This document shows positions 12,437 to 25,705 of a stretch of 64,000 nucleotides of DNA, piece by piece. The notes beneath the pieces are model-generated. The model had not been told where the DNA came from. It searched no databases and saw only the letters and a list, made by a program, of their open reading frames with translations. The DNA lies in NCBI GenBank assembly GCA_030704615.1, contig CM060733.1, positions 67,828,001 to 67,892,000 of the forward strand, written 5' to 3'. Position 1 is the first letter of the stretch, and the number at the start of each line of letters is the position of its first letter. Made by a program: the position numbers and the translations under genes. The stretch comes from Takakia lepidozioides. Taxonomy: Eukaryota; Plantae; Bryophyta.

Positions 12437-15400
12437 GGGAGCGAGCGTGAGCGGGCAATGGGTTTTACCACTGGTACCACGGCGGTGCCGTCTCTTTTTG
12501 AGGCATCACATCGTCAGGTGTTGGGGCAAGCAATGGATCTCAATTGCTTGACCTGGATTATCAGCTTGGCTATGGCTGAGCAACGCAGAGTGCGGAGTAC
12601 ACTTCCCTCGATGGTCTCTCTGCCTACCGAGATGGTACAGGCAGTGAGTGGGGGCGAGCATGAGAGGACCACGGGGTGCAGGCATCCATGGCACACGTGG
12701 GAGGTGCTCGAGGTTTAGAGGGAGTTGGCAGCCAAGGCGGCGGTGATGGATGAGGTTGGGGATTTTTCTTAGGTTGAGGAAGTCCTCAAGGATGAGATGA
12801 TGGGGCAGGATGAGGCCATGTCATTGACTGAGCAGGCAGGGACAACTGCTCAAGAGGTTGCAACATAACAACCACTAGACGTGTCCTCTACCTCTAAGCC
12901 CACTGGACTTAAGGTTGCAGTTACGGATGACAATTGGGAGCCTGACATTTGACCCATTGTCACCGGAGGAGAGAGACGACGTATACGGCGGTTCCTGAGG
13001 GCTTACAAGAATTGCTTTGCCTTTAGTTTGAAGGACTTGGGATCACTGAAGGGTCAAGAGATTCGTATTGAGTTGGCCACTGACACGCCAATCTTTTGGA
13101 GACCCTATAGATACAGTGACATGGAGAGGTCTTTGATTCAAATGAGGACTCAAGATCTCTGGGAGGCTGGTTTGGTGGAGCTCTCTGGTGGAGAGTATGC
13201 TTCAGCCACAGTGATGCCAGCCAAGAAGGATGTCTATGGCAATTGGACGGAGAGACGTATGTGCGGTGATTACCGGCCTGTAAATCGTCAGACCAAATCT
13301 GATAAGTATGCCATGCCAACACTAGAGGAGATCTTTGATGCCATCGGGCATGCTAAGGGCACTTTGGATTTATGATCCGGATATCACCAGTTGCCGATCA
13401 AGGAGGCGGACAAGCAGAAGACGACATTCTGGGGGATCAATGAGCACGGCAAGGATTGCCTATATCAGTGGCGGTTCTTACCATTTGGGCTTAAGAATGC
13501 TCCTGCAGAGTTTCAGAGAGTCATGGATAGGATTCTAGCAGGGGTGGACTTTGCTCGGTGCTACATAGATGACATCATCATCTTTAGTGCTACGGTGGAG
13601 GAGCATAAGAATACCTTCAGGTGGTATTGGAGCGCTTGAGAGCGCACAGATTGAAGTTGCATCCGGGGAAGTGCAAGTTTTTCCACAACCAGATTGAGTA
13701 TCTGGGTCACATGATATATCCTAGGGATTAAACAGACTAAGGTAGAGGCCATTGCACAAATTCCACGCCCCATGAATGTGAGCCGAGTTTGAGCTTTCAT
13801 GGGGTTGACAAACTATTATAGACGGTTTGTCAAGGGATTTAGTGCCATTGCAAAGGCTCTAACCAAGCTGACCAAGTGGACCAGGAGTGGCAGTGGGAAG
13901 ATGAGTAGGAACGAGCTTTTCAAGAGCTCAAGGCGAGGTTGACCTCGGCGCCTATCCTGAGATGACCTATCAGGGGGCGTCCCTTTCAGCTGCATACGGA
14001 TTGGAGCATGCTGGGGCTTGGAGCGGTGCTCACACAGGTGGATGATGAGGGAAGAGAGTTCGTAGTGGCTTATGCTAGCCGCTCAAACAACGTTGCAGAG
14101 GCTAAGTATAACTCATATGAGGAAGAGCGCTTAGCTGCGGTGTGGGCCGTGGCACACTTCAGGTGCTATCTATACGGCAATCTCTTCACCCTTGTCACGG
14201 ATCATCAGCCACTCAAGTGGTTGATGGAGTGAGACAAGCTTACGAGGAAGCTTGCACGGTGGGCACTCATACTCCAGGAGTATGACTTTCAGGTTGTGCA
14301 TCGACCGGGTTTGGTCAATCGGGATGCGGATGGATTGAGTCGCAATCCATGCACGAGCCAGCAGGATGACACTGGAGCTCGGTGGCATGGTGAGACGGAC
14401 GAGGAGATGGTGTCGGGATGGCACGCATCTGTATTTTTGTGTATCTTGGCATCGGGAGGTCAGGTTGGACCTACAACAGGGATGACTATAGACGGATTGT
14501 CTGAGGACCCTGAGGCTAGTGATGAGCCAGGTGGTGCCAGAGATATACATGAGGATTCGGCTGTGTTGGACTACCTCCGCACGGGAGACACGGCAGCCAC
14601 TGTGACTGTCAGGGAGAGGGATCGGATCCTGCAACGAGCCAAGAGGTTCAAGTGGGAGGGGATACACATGCTCCGAGTTACACATGCTCCGAGTATGGGA
14701 GGATGGTCGGGTGAGGATTGTGCCCCACACAGCGTGCACGGTTAGTGCGGCATGCCCATGAGGAGTTGGGGCATTTTGGAGTGCGACGTACTCACAGTTT
14801 ACTGCAGGGGCAGTATTGGTGGCGTGGTATGCATACAGAGGTGCAATAGTTTGTGGCTAGGTGCATGGTGTGTGACAGGGTGCGTGCTTCATTCAACGCC
14901 CCTACACCACAGTTGGATCCTTTACCAATCATGGGATTGGGCTACAGGTGGAGTCTTGACTTCGCAGGACCGTTGCCACTGACTATGCGCCACCACAGAT
15001 ATGTGTTGGTGATGGTGGAGCACTTCTCCAAGTGGATTGAGTTGGTTCCATTGCCAAACAAGGCTAGTGAGGGGGCTCCGTATGCATTCTTGGATCGTGT
15101 GCTTAGCCGATTCGGTGCTCCAGCTGAGGTACTCACGGACCAAGGGAGAGAGTTCTTGGGGGAGTTTCAGGCTTTGTGTGATAAAGCTTTGATAGACCAC
15201 CGCACCACTTCTCGGGATCATCCTGAGGCCGATGGCTTGGCAGAGAAAGTTGTTCAGACGGTAAAGAGGGGTTTGCGCAAGTATGGCTTGTAGAAGGGAC
15301 ACCTAGGAGATTGGGATCTTCAGGTTCCTTGGTTAGCCATGGCCTACAGGTTCAGCAAACAAGCATCACTTACCTCCTTCTCACCATATTTCCTTCTCTT

Positions 15401-16258
15401 TGGCCGAGAGCCGGATTTGCGTGCAGCCATTCATAGGGACAGTGCTCAAATCCTTAACCTTGACGATCCGGACGTGTGGGTACGTGCATGTGATCAGCGT
15501 GCAGAGTTGTTCAAGAAAGTCATGCCCATGGCTTTTGAGAACCTTGCCATTGCACAGCACCGTGATACGTTGAGGTATGCCATTATACGTGGTGGAGGAT
15601 ATCGTCCTAGGGTTCGGCTGTTTAGCCCGGGTGATTATGTTTATTTGCAGCAGACTGCTCCTACGACCCTGGATGTCACTGCAGGGCGTGTTATTCTGAG
15701 GGTTCGAGAGGTGTTGCCCTCAAGAGTCCTGATCTTAGAGGGTTGGGATGGCATGACTTGGAAAGACCATGTGCGTAATTGTGCGCCATGTCACCTTCCC
15801 AATGTCGATGGCAGAGTTGACCTAAACTTGGCAGTGGTACCTGCAGGTTGGAGGTGCATGCTCTATGGGTCTGCCAAAGGGGCAGCCACCATGCTGGTGT
15901 ATGATCGATGCTCAAGAGGTTGGCATATGGGATGTTTGACACCACCTCTTGAGAGGGTTCCTGATGGAGATTGGTTATGTCCACACTACTTGGGATAGTG
16001 GCAGTGGACATGACTAGAGGCAGCTAACAATACATGGGAGGCCAAGCTCATAGGAGTCGATACACGAGATCCCAGGCTCAAGTTCACAAATTGCAAGACG
16101 GTAACTAACGATGGGGCAATTCTTGCACCCGACCTCTTGATCTATCGAGTTTGAGTGTAGTAGGGACAGTGGTGGAGGACTTAGTGAGGCTATGGTCACT
16201 ATCACATCTTGTGGCTACCTGGACTTAGAGGGACCTAAGCACCAGCTAGGGGGGCCAT
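12437..16258 (+). mobile_element. Degenerate Ty3/Gypsy with C5-DNA-methyltransferase C-terminal remnant, RT, RNase H, integrase and PHD finger
   Basis: 12443-12570: ERERAMGFTTGTT...RQVLGQAMD (DNMT motif IX/X-like). RT: RRMCGDYR...LPFGLKNAP...YIDD. RNase H: AYASRS...TDHQPLKWL. Integrase: WSLDFAGP...TDQG...DGLAE. PHD: C..C(mutated)...RGWHMGCLTPPL..VPDGDWLCP. PPT at about 16248-16254. Confidence 0.9.
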
Positions 16259-16930
16259 TGTGTGGACTAGTAACTGCCATAGTGGGCAGCATAGTGGCAG
16301 CCTAGTGACTGACTAGTTGTGGCCTAGTGGTTGGACTAGTGGCTGGCCTAGTGGTATACTAGTGTGTGGCATACACATGTGTTGTGTGGTTTTGGACAGC
16401 GATGTAGTTGTGTAGCGATATGTATGCGCACGACAACTGTCAAGTTATTTTACCACTACTGTGAAACTAGCTAGGAAATAGCTAGCTTTACATATTGACA
16501 TTTGGGATTGGCCCAAGTGTCAATCCAGGGGTCAAGGCAGATTTAGGCCCTGGAGTGGTTATCTCCACGGCAAGCGCGGGGAGGCTCATCTTTCTCGAGT
16601 TGAGCCTCACCGCGCCTAGCTATGGCGCCGTAGTGTGGATTCCCCATGGCGTGGGGTGCACTTGGCTTGACTTGTATTTGAGTGATGAGGTTATATATGC
16701 ATGAGTTTATGCTTCAGCTTTGTGAGCTCGCATGAGCTTGTGCTTGTATTCTTCTTCTTTATCATTGTGTGGAGTAGTGACTGCCATAGTGGGCAGCATA
16801 GTGGCAGCCTAGTGACTGACTAGTTGTAGCCTAGTGGTTGGACTAGTGGTATACTAGTGTGTGGCATGCACATGTGTTGTGTGGTTTTGGACAGCGATGT
16901 AGTTGTGTAGTGATATGTATGCGCACGACA
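16259..16930 (+). repeat. 3' LTR with A-B-A structure (direct repeats 16259-16435 and 16766-16930)
   Basis: Both repeats start TGTGTGG and end GCGCACGACA. The spacer contains TTATATAT. Part B resembles 42260-42415. Confidence 0.75.
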
Positions 16931-19140
16931 TCTAGAAACAAGTGGCATTCCTTGGGCGTACATGCTCACTGCCCGTGCTATCTTGCTTGGATCCCCAGAT
17001 CTGCTTGCAGCACGCAACATCAACTCCAGTTTGTCCGGACCCTTGCCACCAACCCCACCTCGCAAGAAATCATGGTATCTGGTTTGTTGTTGCAAGGCAC
17101 GTATCATATCATCTGTTGTTGCCACATACAAATCCCGACCTCGTTTCCCAGACTGTTGCAACCATGCGTTGTGCACAGTCTTTGCCAAATTGCAAGATGG
17201 CATGTCCGCCATTTCCTCAATGGACATGTTCTGCAAAGTGGATAACCACACTTCAGAACAGTGCACAGGGAACAACATAAAGAAAGCAAGGAGAGCAAAA
17301 TTTGAAAAGTAAATGTATGAATAAAGTAAGCAATAGAAGCCTCGCATCATTGTCATGGCTGCTTCCCACTGTCTGTACCGGAAGTGCCAAAATGCCAGCC
17401 AATCTTCCAATGCTCTCATACTCTCAAGGGATGCAGCTCCAAAAGAGAACCGCCAGGCACGAATTGTCTGGAACAAAGTGTCCGCCTCCTTCAATGTTCG
17501 AGCATCTTTGTACTCTTTGCACAATTTACGGTGTTGTGTCTGCATCTCTGGTTTGATGTCCGACTTTGTATGTTTCTCCAGAGATTGTGTCCAATGGAAT
17601 AGACATGTACGCTTTCTTCCCGGCATTGGCACTTTTAGGTCGCCTGATCCGAAGACAATTCGAACAACATTGAAATTTGTCTGAGCACTATCTGCCATGA
17701 AACCAGCAAAATTTGGAGATGGCAGCCCATAATACGTATCAGGGAATTCCACATGAGCTTCTGGGATTCCGTATCCTCAGATTGCATGTCACAAACTACA
17801 ATTGTCATAACTCGTTGGTACACTGGATCGTAGACATGACAAGCCATTGTCGTCCAATCTTTCACTCGTTTCACATGATCAAACATAAGAAAACAATTCT
17901 GCAGGTCCCCAGTCTTCTGCATCCGCTTCACGAGGCTAACCCCACTGCCCTCCCCAGCAGTCGACATTTTGAAAAGGATTACTTTGATGGCACCTTGATC
18001 TGGAAAAACATTGTCCTGGATGTAGTCGTACTTGCTCAGTCGTTTCAATTCCAAAATGTTGTTTATGTAGCCTCTGATCCAAGAGCCCATTCTCAATGCA
18101 TTGATCTGATGCTGAATGTTAGGTGAACTCAAAGTGGAGAAATGATCCATGACAATGTCCAATGCCGGACCGTCAAGTTTAGTTCCCGTAGAATTCCCTT
18201 CACTCAAAATATGGCTTTCCAAGAAGGACTTGCTTGCGCCAAGAGCAATTGCAGATGTTGTTGCGGATGGGTTTATCTCGTACTCCTGTTTAATCAACCT
18301 CGATACTGGCTCAGCACTCAGGATGGTTATGGAAACCAAAATGCACACAAGCTCTTGTCATTGTTTTCAAACGGTGGACAACATAGTACATTTTTGCTCC
18401 ACACAGCGCCAGGCAAGATGGTACAAGTTTGCAGAATTCGCAAACGAAAGTGGTTGCCGGTGGAGGAGCAGTCCCAGGCTTAAAATGGATTTTCCGCGAG
18501 ACCCTCCCACTCGCTTTGATTATGAACCCCAAACTGAAGAAAGTGTCTGCAATTCAAACTGTCCATTGCAAACTGTTCTCCTGAAAACAAGCTTGTCATC
18601 ATTTTGAATATTGGATGTTTTTGTTCTGCACCATGGGTGCCCGTCGTGTTTATTGTCCATTCCGAGCATCATGCATGTTATACCTCCAACTCGCGGAGGT
18701 AGCTTGAATAGGATATCCCCATCAAAAGTCTCTGGCAGGAACTTCAGAGGCACCTACTTCAAAGATTCCCAATCAATTCCTCGCAACTCACTTTTGAAAC
18801 CTGCCATTCCTCCCATCGCCCGTAGTTTTGGAATGGCACTACAAATCTCTTCTTCATCCGCTTCCACAACTACAGTAGGAAGGACTGGAGTTGGAATTTC
18901 ACTTATGTCATCATCGAACGAATCCGAAAGCTCAACGATTGGAGTGGAGGACGTCTATTCTTTTTTCACCACCACCTCCCTTTTGTCTTCAACGACTGAA
19001 GCAGCAGTCTCGGGCGTCACATATGATCCAAGGGACTTTGGATTTGACATGAGGTTGTGGTGTTTGTGGGATGGATTCATGAAGATTGCCATTTCATTCT
19101 GGATTCTTTGTTCATTTTTCTTTCTGCCGGAACATCTGCA
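16931..19140 (-). pseudogene. Mutator-like (MULE) DDE transposase with WRKY/GCM-like Zn domain; 3' end cut by LTR
   Basis: Zn-binding region HPWC...C...CEFC...C...C...HFGFHNHP. D1 in FLMFDHVK, D2 in FMADSAQ, MULE-type CLFHW motif. The catalytic E position reads CNLAKTVHN (apparent E>K). Contains stops and frameshifts. Confidence 0.75.
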
Positions 19141-19203
19141 ATAAAGTAGGGGAATTCAATCTTTTACGAAGAGGATGAGAAATGAACATTAAAAATGTGT
19201 AGT

Positions 19204-22200
19204 TCAGTCTGACTCAGAGTCAGTACAATGTATCCCCACGTCCTTTGCATCCAAGTCCAAGTATTTTAGAACTCCAGATCTACGATGGCTACACCTGCGG
19301 TCGGGCAATAAAAAGTCAGGGGAGAGAGCCTCGGCCATTTGAAGTGCCATTGCTTCGGCATACACCGGAAGCACAAAAGTGGAAAGGGGGGTGTCGAAAA
19401 CAGTCTCGCCACAAATGGGGGTGTCTCCTGAAGATCCACCGCTGCCTTTCCTGCAAGTCACAGCAAGAAATATGTTATTACTGCAAATTTGATGTCTGCG
19501 ATTGAAAAGGGCACCCAAAGTGGAATGACAATTCCATTGCAGACTTACTCACATGAAAAATCATTGCGGACCTGCTTATCCTCGTGATCCTCATCATTTC
19601 GGATTTGAATCGTTTCAGTTTGTGTGCTTGATGTAGAGCCAGACAAAAGGGGGAGGAGCACAGTCTTGTATAGGTCAGAGTCACCCACCATGCCAAAAAG
19701 GGATCTTCCGCCTGCCTTGCACGCATGGTAAGTTCCTCCTGCAACAGACAAGAGGACATGAACAGCTTGTAGGGGGGGGGGATTAACGAAGATGGAAATG
19801 GTGAAAGAAAACCAAATCTGAAGGGAAAAAACGAACCTGTGGATACTGAGAGGTCGACCACCCGTGCAGAATGGTGGCTGCATGACTCCAGCAGTGTCTG
19901 CATGAACGCTGGGGTTTTCTCCTTTGCACCTCTCCAGGGAGTGCCATCTGGTTTTTTGAGAGTCTGACTGGGCTGCATGAAGTTGTACAAAATGTCATCA
20001 ACATGCGGCTCATACGGGGGATTGATGAAACACCCCTTGGTCAGAAATCTCGAAGCTGCGGACAGAGGATGGTGTTCTTGAGGTCGGAATCCTTTGCAGG
20101 CAGATCGCCTCGAACATCCTCATTTGCGAAAGACAGGAGGTTAGGGTGCGAAATATAAACAACAGTGGAATTTTGTAGATTGGCACTTCAAAACATAGGC
20201 ATGCAACAAACTGATCAGTCAAGTCTTTTTGATGATCGGTGCCGATCATCACAGATTATTGTAGAGTTACGCTGTAGAATACATTGAAATAAAGCAACAA
20301 AGCACACCTAAGAGGGAGGCGTCATACCAGCTGACCAGGACAACCCCCTTTCACAAGATAGAGGATGTTCACACAATTCCATGTGCGCAGAATTTCAAAA
20401 CCAGAGGACTTCAAGTACGATGCCAATGCCCGACGACTATCCTTGTCACATGACTGAAAGAGTAGAAGTGTCCCTGCATCAGAAAGGAAATAGTTGCAGA
20501 ACCCGAACACCCAACTCCAGTAGTTGTCATCGAATTTGTTCCAGCTTGGCGTCTTGCCCTTCGGAAGAACTTCTGGCACAGCCTGGCCGTCCGAGATGTC
20601 AAGAATAACCATGTCTGCAGCAAACGTTTTCTGCACACCGCACACGAAGGAGGGACCAGTGCTCACCTGCGACAGACATGTTTAATTTGAGAACGAAGAG
20701 AAGAATGATTGCAAAGAAATAAATACCAATACTGCCAATGTCACCTACGAATGCAAAGGAAAGAAAGTTAAATTCCCACCAGATTGAGGAATGAGATCAT
20801 GTTATCCCAAGTAGGCGAAGGCACCCCAGTGTATCCTTTCTTCCAACTCTCCATCATCGCCAGCCATCCCTCATTGACAATCTTAATCTCCCCTGCAGAA
20901 TCAGCATGGGAAGGGTGTGGCCTGGCATCGAACACGCACTGAAGTATACCTTCTGGCGGTGAAGTCCTTCTCACTCTCCTGCTCTTTCTCCTTCTCCTTC
21001 TCTTTCTCCTTCGACTTGTCTTTGTCCTTTGTCTTTGCTGGTGACTTGGCTGTGCCATCTGGAGCCTTGTCCTTGGGTTTGCGCCCACCCTTCTTGCCCT
21101 TCTGGGCTATTTCCTGAGCGTCAGGCTCCTTGGCAGCCAGTGCTGCTATGTTTCTTTGGTACTCCTCATCGTTCAGAGGTGCCAACATCTCAACATGATT
21201 GTTCAAATATTTCATCTGCTGCTCCTGAAAAGTGTTGTGCTCAGGAATGCAGTCCAGGTACCAACCACAGTCCCTGAAGTGTGCAGGACTCCAGTCCTTC
21301 AATATCCCTGCAGTATACATGGTTGGATCGTTTCCCGGGTCCGACCACATGTCAAGATAATCTGGGACACCACTGAGGTTATTTCCATCCATCACCACAT
21401 ATTTTGTGTACTTGGAACCACGAGACAAACTGGAAATCAATCTCTTTATGCAGAAGCCCATTGTCTCAAAGTGAATGTCGGCACCGACATTCAGAAATTC
21501 GTGAGAGAAACACTGCATATAACTATTGGGCACCCTAGAAAACGTACAAGAAATCTCTTGGTATAGAAGCTCACAATAGCTTTGGATGCGATGGTCATCA
21601 ACGACATTCACAAAATTCCATTCAAGAACACTGCCAACACACCCTAAGTTCCCTAATCCATGTGAATGAAATCTCTGTCCATAAGAGCTCACAGTCATGG
21701 AAGTGAATGTCGGCACCGACATTCACTTCCTATCAGTGAAGAGCCCTTCTAACAACGCCTAAGGATTTCTCACAAGATGCAACATAGTTTCTAGTTGGAA
21801 ATGCACCTATACACAACTCGCATCATGGCCCACTCCCCCCCAACCTGATTGTCAAAGTCGTTGGACCGCAAAATGTTACCATCCTTCGAAAACTCCCGGA
21901 AAAAATAGTATCGCCAAGTGAGACCTCTCCACTTCCTGATGTATGCTTCCAATGTCATTTGAGGCGGGGAAACAATAGAAATATTCAAGTGTTTCAAATT
22001 CTGCTCGAGGACAAGGATGATGCGCTTCTCCAGCTGCAAAGGGTGCATTTGTCAGTTTTGCAAATAAGGTATTCATTACATTCATGGAGTCAACAAAGAT
22101 GAAACTTCAATGAATATACACCTGACTCCAAAATGTAGCTTTGTGAAGCCAGTTGTCAAACACAATGTCACTGATTCCCTCCACCTTTGTTCCAGGCTGT

Positions 22201-24929
22201 ATAGTGCTCTTAGGGAACTGATTCAAGTCCTTCATTGTCTGATTTGAGTTCCAAATCTCCAGCCATCTAATTTTGGTTTGGGGTCAACCATGGAGATGGC
22301 CAGCCGGTCTCCTGCTGCATCTCCGGGTGCACGTGCTTGTCATAGTGAGATTTGATCTGCAGAAGGAACTCCTCTCCAAGGCCAGGATCTACGATTCTAA
22401 GCTGCTAGAGAAGGCGGACATCAGTTTGGTTCTCTGAATTTCATACTCCTTCTTTAATGCTGCCTCCACACCCTTTGATGTCCTAAGTTCCTCTGTTGTA
22501 GTGCGGTAGTATTCGGATTTCCCCTTCTCAGCTGCCTCTGCTAGTTCTTGCTGCATTGATCAAAGTAGGGATGAGTAAAAACGAATCAAACATGTCTTTA
22601 AAAAGACAAGTGAGTACAAGCTCGGCCTTACTGCATACATGTACTCCAGAAACGCCTCTCGAGTCAAAGAATACCAAGTGCCTGCAACTCTTCCTGTTTC
22701 GCACTTCTTGATTATATCGGGGTGGAGTACTGTGTGAAAATCATCCAGCTTCATCAGACCAATCCTCTGAATTCGGAACAGTGTGTGGACCAAGCTTGTT
22801 GTCACATGCAATTTCTCTGTCGATCTGCAAAAAGAGTGGAATCAATGCATTGGTAAACATCGTTTTTTGGTGGGATCAACAAGACATTGAAGAGGCAATG
22901 GAGTCTCTAGGATGACATACTTGTTCACGTCGTGCATAGCTGTAAGAAGCCTAGCGATGTCGTTTCCAGGATCCAGAACCATGGCCTCTACAGCGACATG
23001 CTTGTCTTTTTTGAATGATGTTTCTGAATGTATCCCATCCATGCCAGCAATCGGTGGTTGTCGTCCTAGACGTAGAACATGTGGTTGCAGAATTGCTGGG
23101 TGTTTCTTCCCATCATGAGGCCCAGCTCGAACTCCTCATTAACATCTTTCCAGCACTCATCCCAGGTATCGGTGATCTCAGGAGACACTAATGTGCTTTT
23201 CCCATTTGTATCCGTCAGTGACACATAAAAAACTTGTGCACCAAGTCTGTATCTATGCACGAAATCAGTTTCCAATTTTGTAATGTCATGGGAAAGTGGA
23301 GGACGCACAATAGGCATAGATATCATCCGACATAGTGGGATGTCAAGACGCCCTCGAGAGACGAGCATGTCCCTAATAACCTCCTGAGAGTTTACCTTCT
23401 GGAATGACATGAGTTCTTTCAACTTGTCAAGGTAGTGCACTTCAAGTTCATTTGTTTCATCGCTATTCTCCGAGCTCTTGGCAGACTCGTCCCCATCTCC
23501 ATAACCTTTTGCCTCTGTTCCTATCTGTTTGGACTTCACAGTTTTCTGCACGATGCCATGCCAATCAGACACTGAGTTATGTGCAAATAGTGAATGTCGA
23601 TACCGACCATCAGTCTGTCTTGTCTCAAATCACAGTGAATGGCAGCACCGACATTCACAACCATCTACACTAACAAAGCTGATACAGACGAATGCAAACC
23701 AAGACACTATGACTACATAGTGATGGTCGGTACCGACAATCACTATGTTTCTGGGCAAGCAGATACAGAAAGGTTATGAGCATTAGCGAACGACGTTAAC
23801 GACAATAAAAAAACATTACATTTGAAAGACCTACAAGATCGATTTGGTGCAAAGAAATATATCTCATAGTGATTGGCGGCACCGACACTCACTTTAGTTT
23901 GTAACAGAAAGTGAGTGCACAGAAGTCTATGTTTTCAAAGGAATGCGATTGACGTCAATCAGAGAGACTCCATTGTGATGATCGTTAAAGACAATCACTA
24001 TTTCTTGTCTATTTGGAATGTACTTTGCAATCGTTTTTAGACATGAAACTACAGTATGGTCTCAAGAAAAGTGATTGGCGGTACCGCCATTCCTCTTCCC
24101 TAGTCTGTTCAACCTGAAACAGAGAAAATGCAATGCAAGACAATATGACTGAATATGCCGACCATCACTCTCTCTCCACGCATACAGGTACAGGAAGCTC
24201 ACAAGGAGAATCGAATGGCGTTAATGACACTCACACTACACTAGAATGGAAAACATTGCGTTTGGTGTAAGTCAATACTGGATCATAGTTACTGTCGGCA
24301 CCGACACTCACTTTATGTTGTATCATAATGAGAGTTTTGAAATGACAGAGAATGACGTTGCCGACAATCACAGGTTCCTGCTACAGAAAGAAAGAGAAAG
24401 AGTGCTGGAAAGGCAATCAGAGTGACTCTATGATCTGAAGAACAGTGAATGGCGGTACCGCCAGTCACAAACAACTGGTATGAAAAACCATAAATAGAGG
24501 AATACAAAGCAAATCAACATGAATTCATAGTGATGGTCGGTACCGACCATCACTTTCTAGGACATTTCACTCACTCACTTCGTAGATCTGTAAACAGGAA
24601 ATGGAAGGGTGGAGAACACTTACTGGCGCATTCTTCGGTTTTGAGTTTGGATCCCCTTCTGCAACTTTCCTCTTCCCCTTCACATCTGTCGGAATTCCTA
24701 TCTGCTCTAGGGTTTGTAGACCTTCTCCCGGTTCTGCGTTCCCCGGACTTCCACCTCCTTCAGTTTCCTTGCGAATCATCTCTGCTTCCACAGTCTGGTT
24801 TCCAACGCTCACTGTTCCCGCTGGCTGTGTGACAGCTGTAGCCTCATTCTCGGTCTGCTCTTTTGTTGCAGTCTCCGCGTTCACCTGCTGTCGTGGCCTT
24901 GTGTTCTCCATCAAACGACGCCTCGTCAT
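19204..24929 (-). pseudogene. Multi-exon ParB-like + beta-class N4/N6 DNA methyltransferase-like fusion gene, copy A
   Basis: ParB-like exon 22922-23572 (GRLDIPLCRMISMPIVRPPL...MFYV*DDNHRLLAW). MTase-like exons 20325-20666 (ADMVILDISDG...FLSDAG), 19838-20123 (WRGAKEKTP...VVDLSVST) and 19550-19739 (GGTYHACKAGGRSLFGMVGD). Last exon 19204-19451 is joined via a TGTGA|GTAAGT donor. Confidence 0.7.
23590..24553. repeat. Cluster of about 12 dispersed 24-bp palindromes (GTGAWKGTCGGYACCGACMWTCAC) in the putative first intron of gene A; further copies at 20229, 21471, 21703
   Basis: Starts at about 23590, 23635, 23720, 23869, 23975, 24071, 24145, 24211, 24288, 24348, 24445 and 24530. The last is a perfect palindrome, gtgatggtcggtaccgaccatcac. 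Confidence 0.9.
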
Positions 24930-25705
24930 TTGCTCTCTTGCTCTGAGTCTCTTTCTAAGGGAAGTAAAATAAAGTGACTTCCTTCTCTTTCGTATCGTAG
25001 AAGGAACCCTCTCTAGCTTGACTACCTCTCTCCCTCTAAGTGCGGGAACAAGAAAGACAAAGTGACTCTCGATTTCTTGTAGAGTTGCGTGCGTTGGGGA
25101 TTGTCTCTAGAACCATCGGATTCCCTCTCGCGTGACCGTTACACAAATGTCATTCCCTTATTAGTGCACCTGCCAGCCATTAGTGGACAGCTGTTTGTCT
25201 GCAATGTAGTTATCGATGTCTGACGTGTGTCGCCCAAAATGAACGGCGTGCCGTTTATTTGAAGAGTTTCAATAATTGAATATAACAACGACAAATATTA
25301 TAAATGAATATAAAATTGAAAATAAAAAAATAGTTGGTCTGACTGCTCAAACTCAGACAATGCCTATGCCATCAGAACCATGGCACCATGGAATAAAAAA
25401 TATGGGGCCATCTGGCGCACAATCTCAGACAAATATATGTAAGTGAACGAGTGTTTGATGACAAATTTCTGGATATCATACACATTCATCCTTGTAAGCC
25501 CACCCCACGTTCGTTTCAAAGTTTGGACTTTCCAGGTGCGCATGATCAATGGTAAGCCAACTTGATTCTTTTTGAAACTTTGAAGCACATTTGAAGCTTT
25601 GTGAAAACACGGAAAAATGTATGTGTTTGAAGCTCTGTATAGTGTTCGGCACCTCACATTGTTTCTGGCCTCTCTCTTATGTCAATTTGAATGAATATCC
25701 CTACA

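Noticed and set aside
8319-16930. Single nested insertion splitting one ParB/MULE element (C joined to A)
   Set aside because: The flanks are different genes in opposite orientation, carry different palindrome types and show no TSD. Deletion or recombination between separate elements is more likely.
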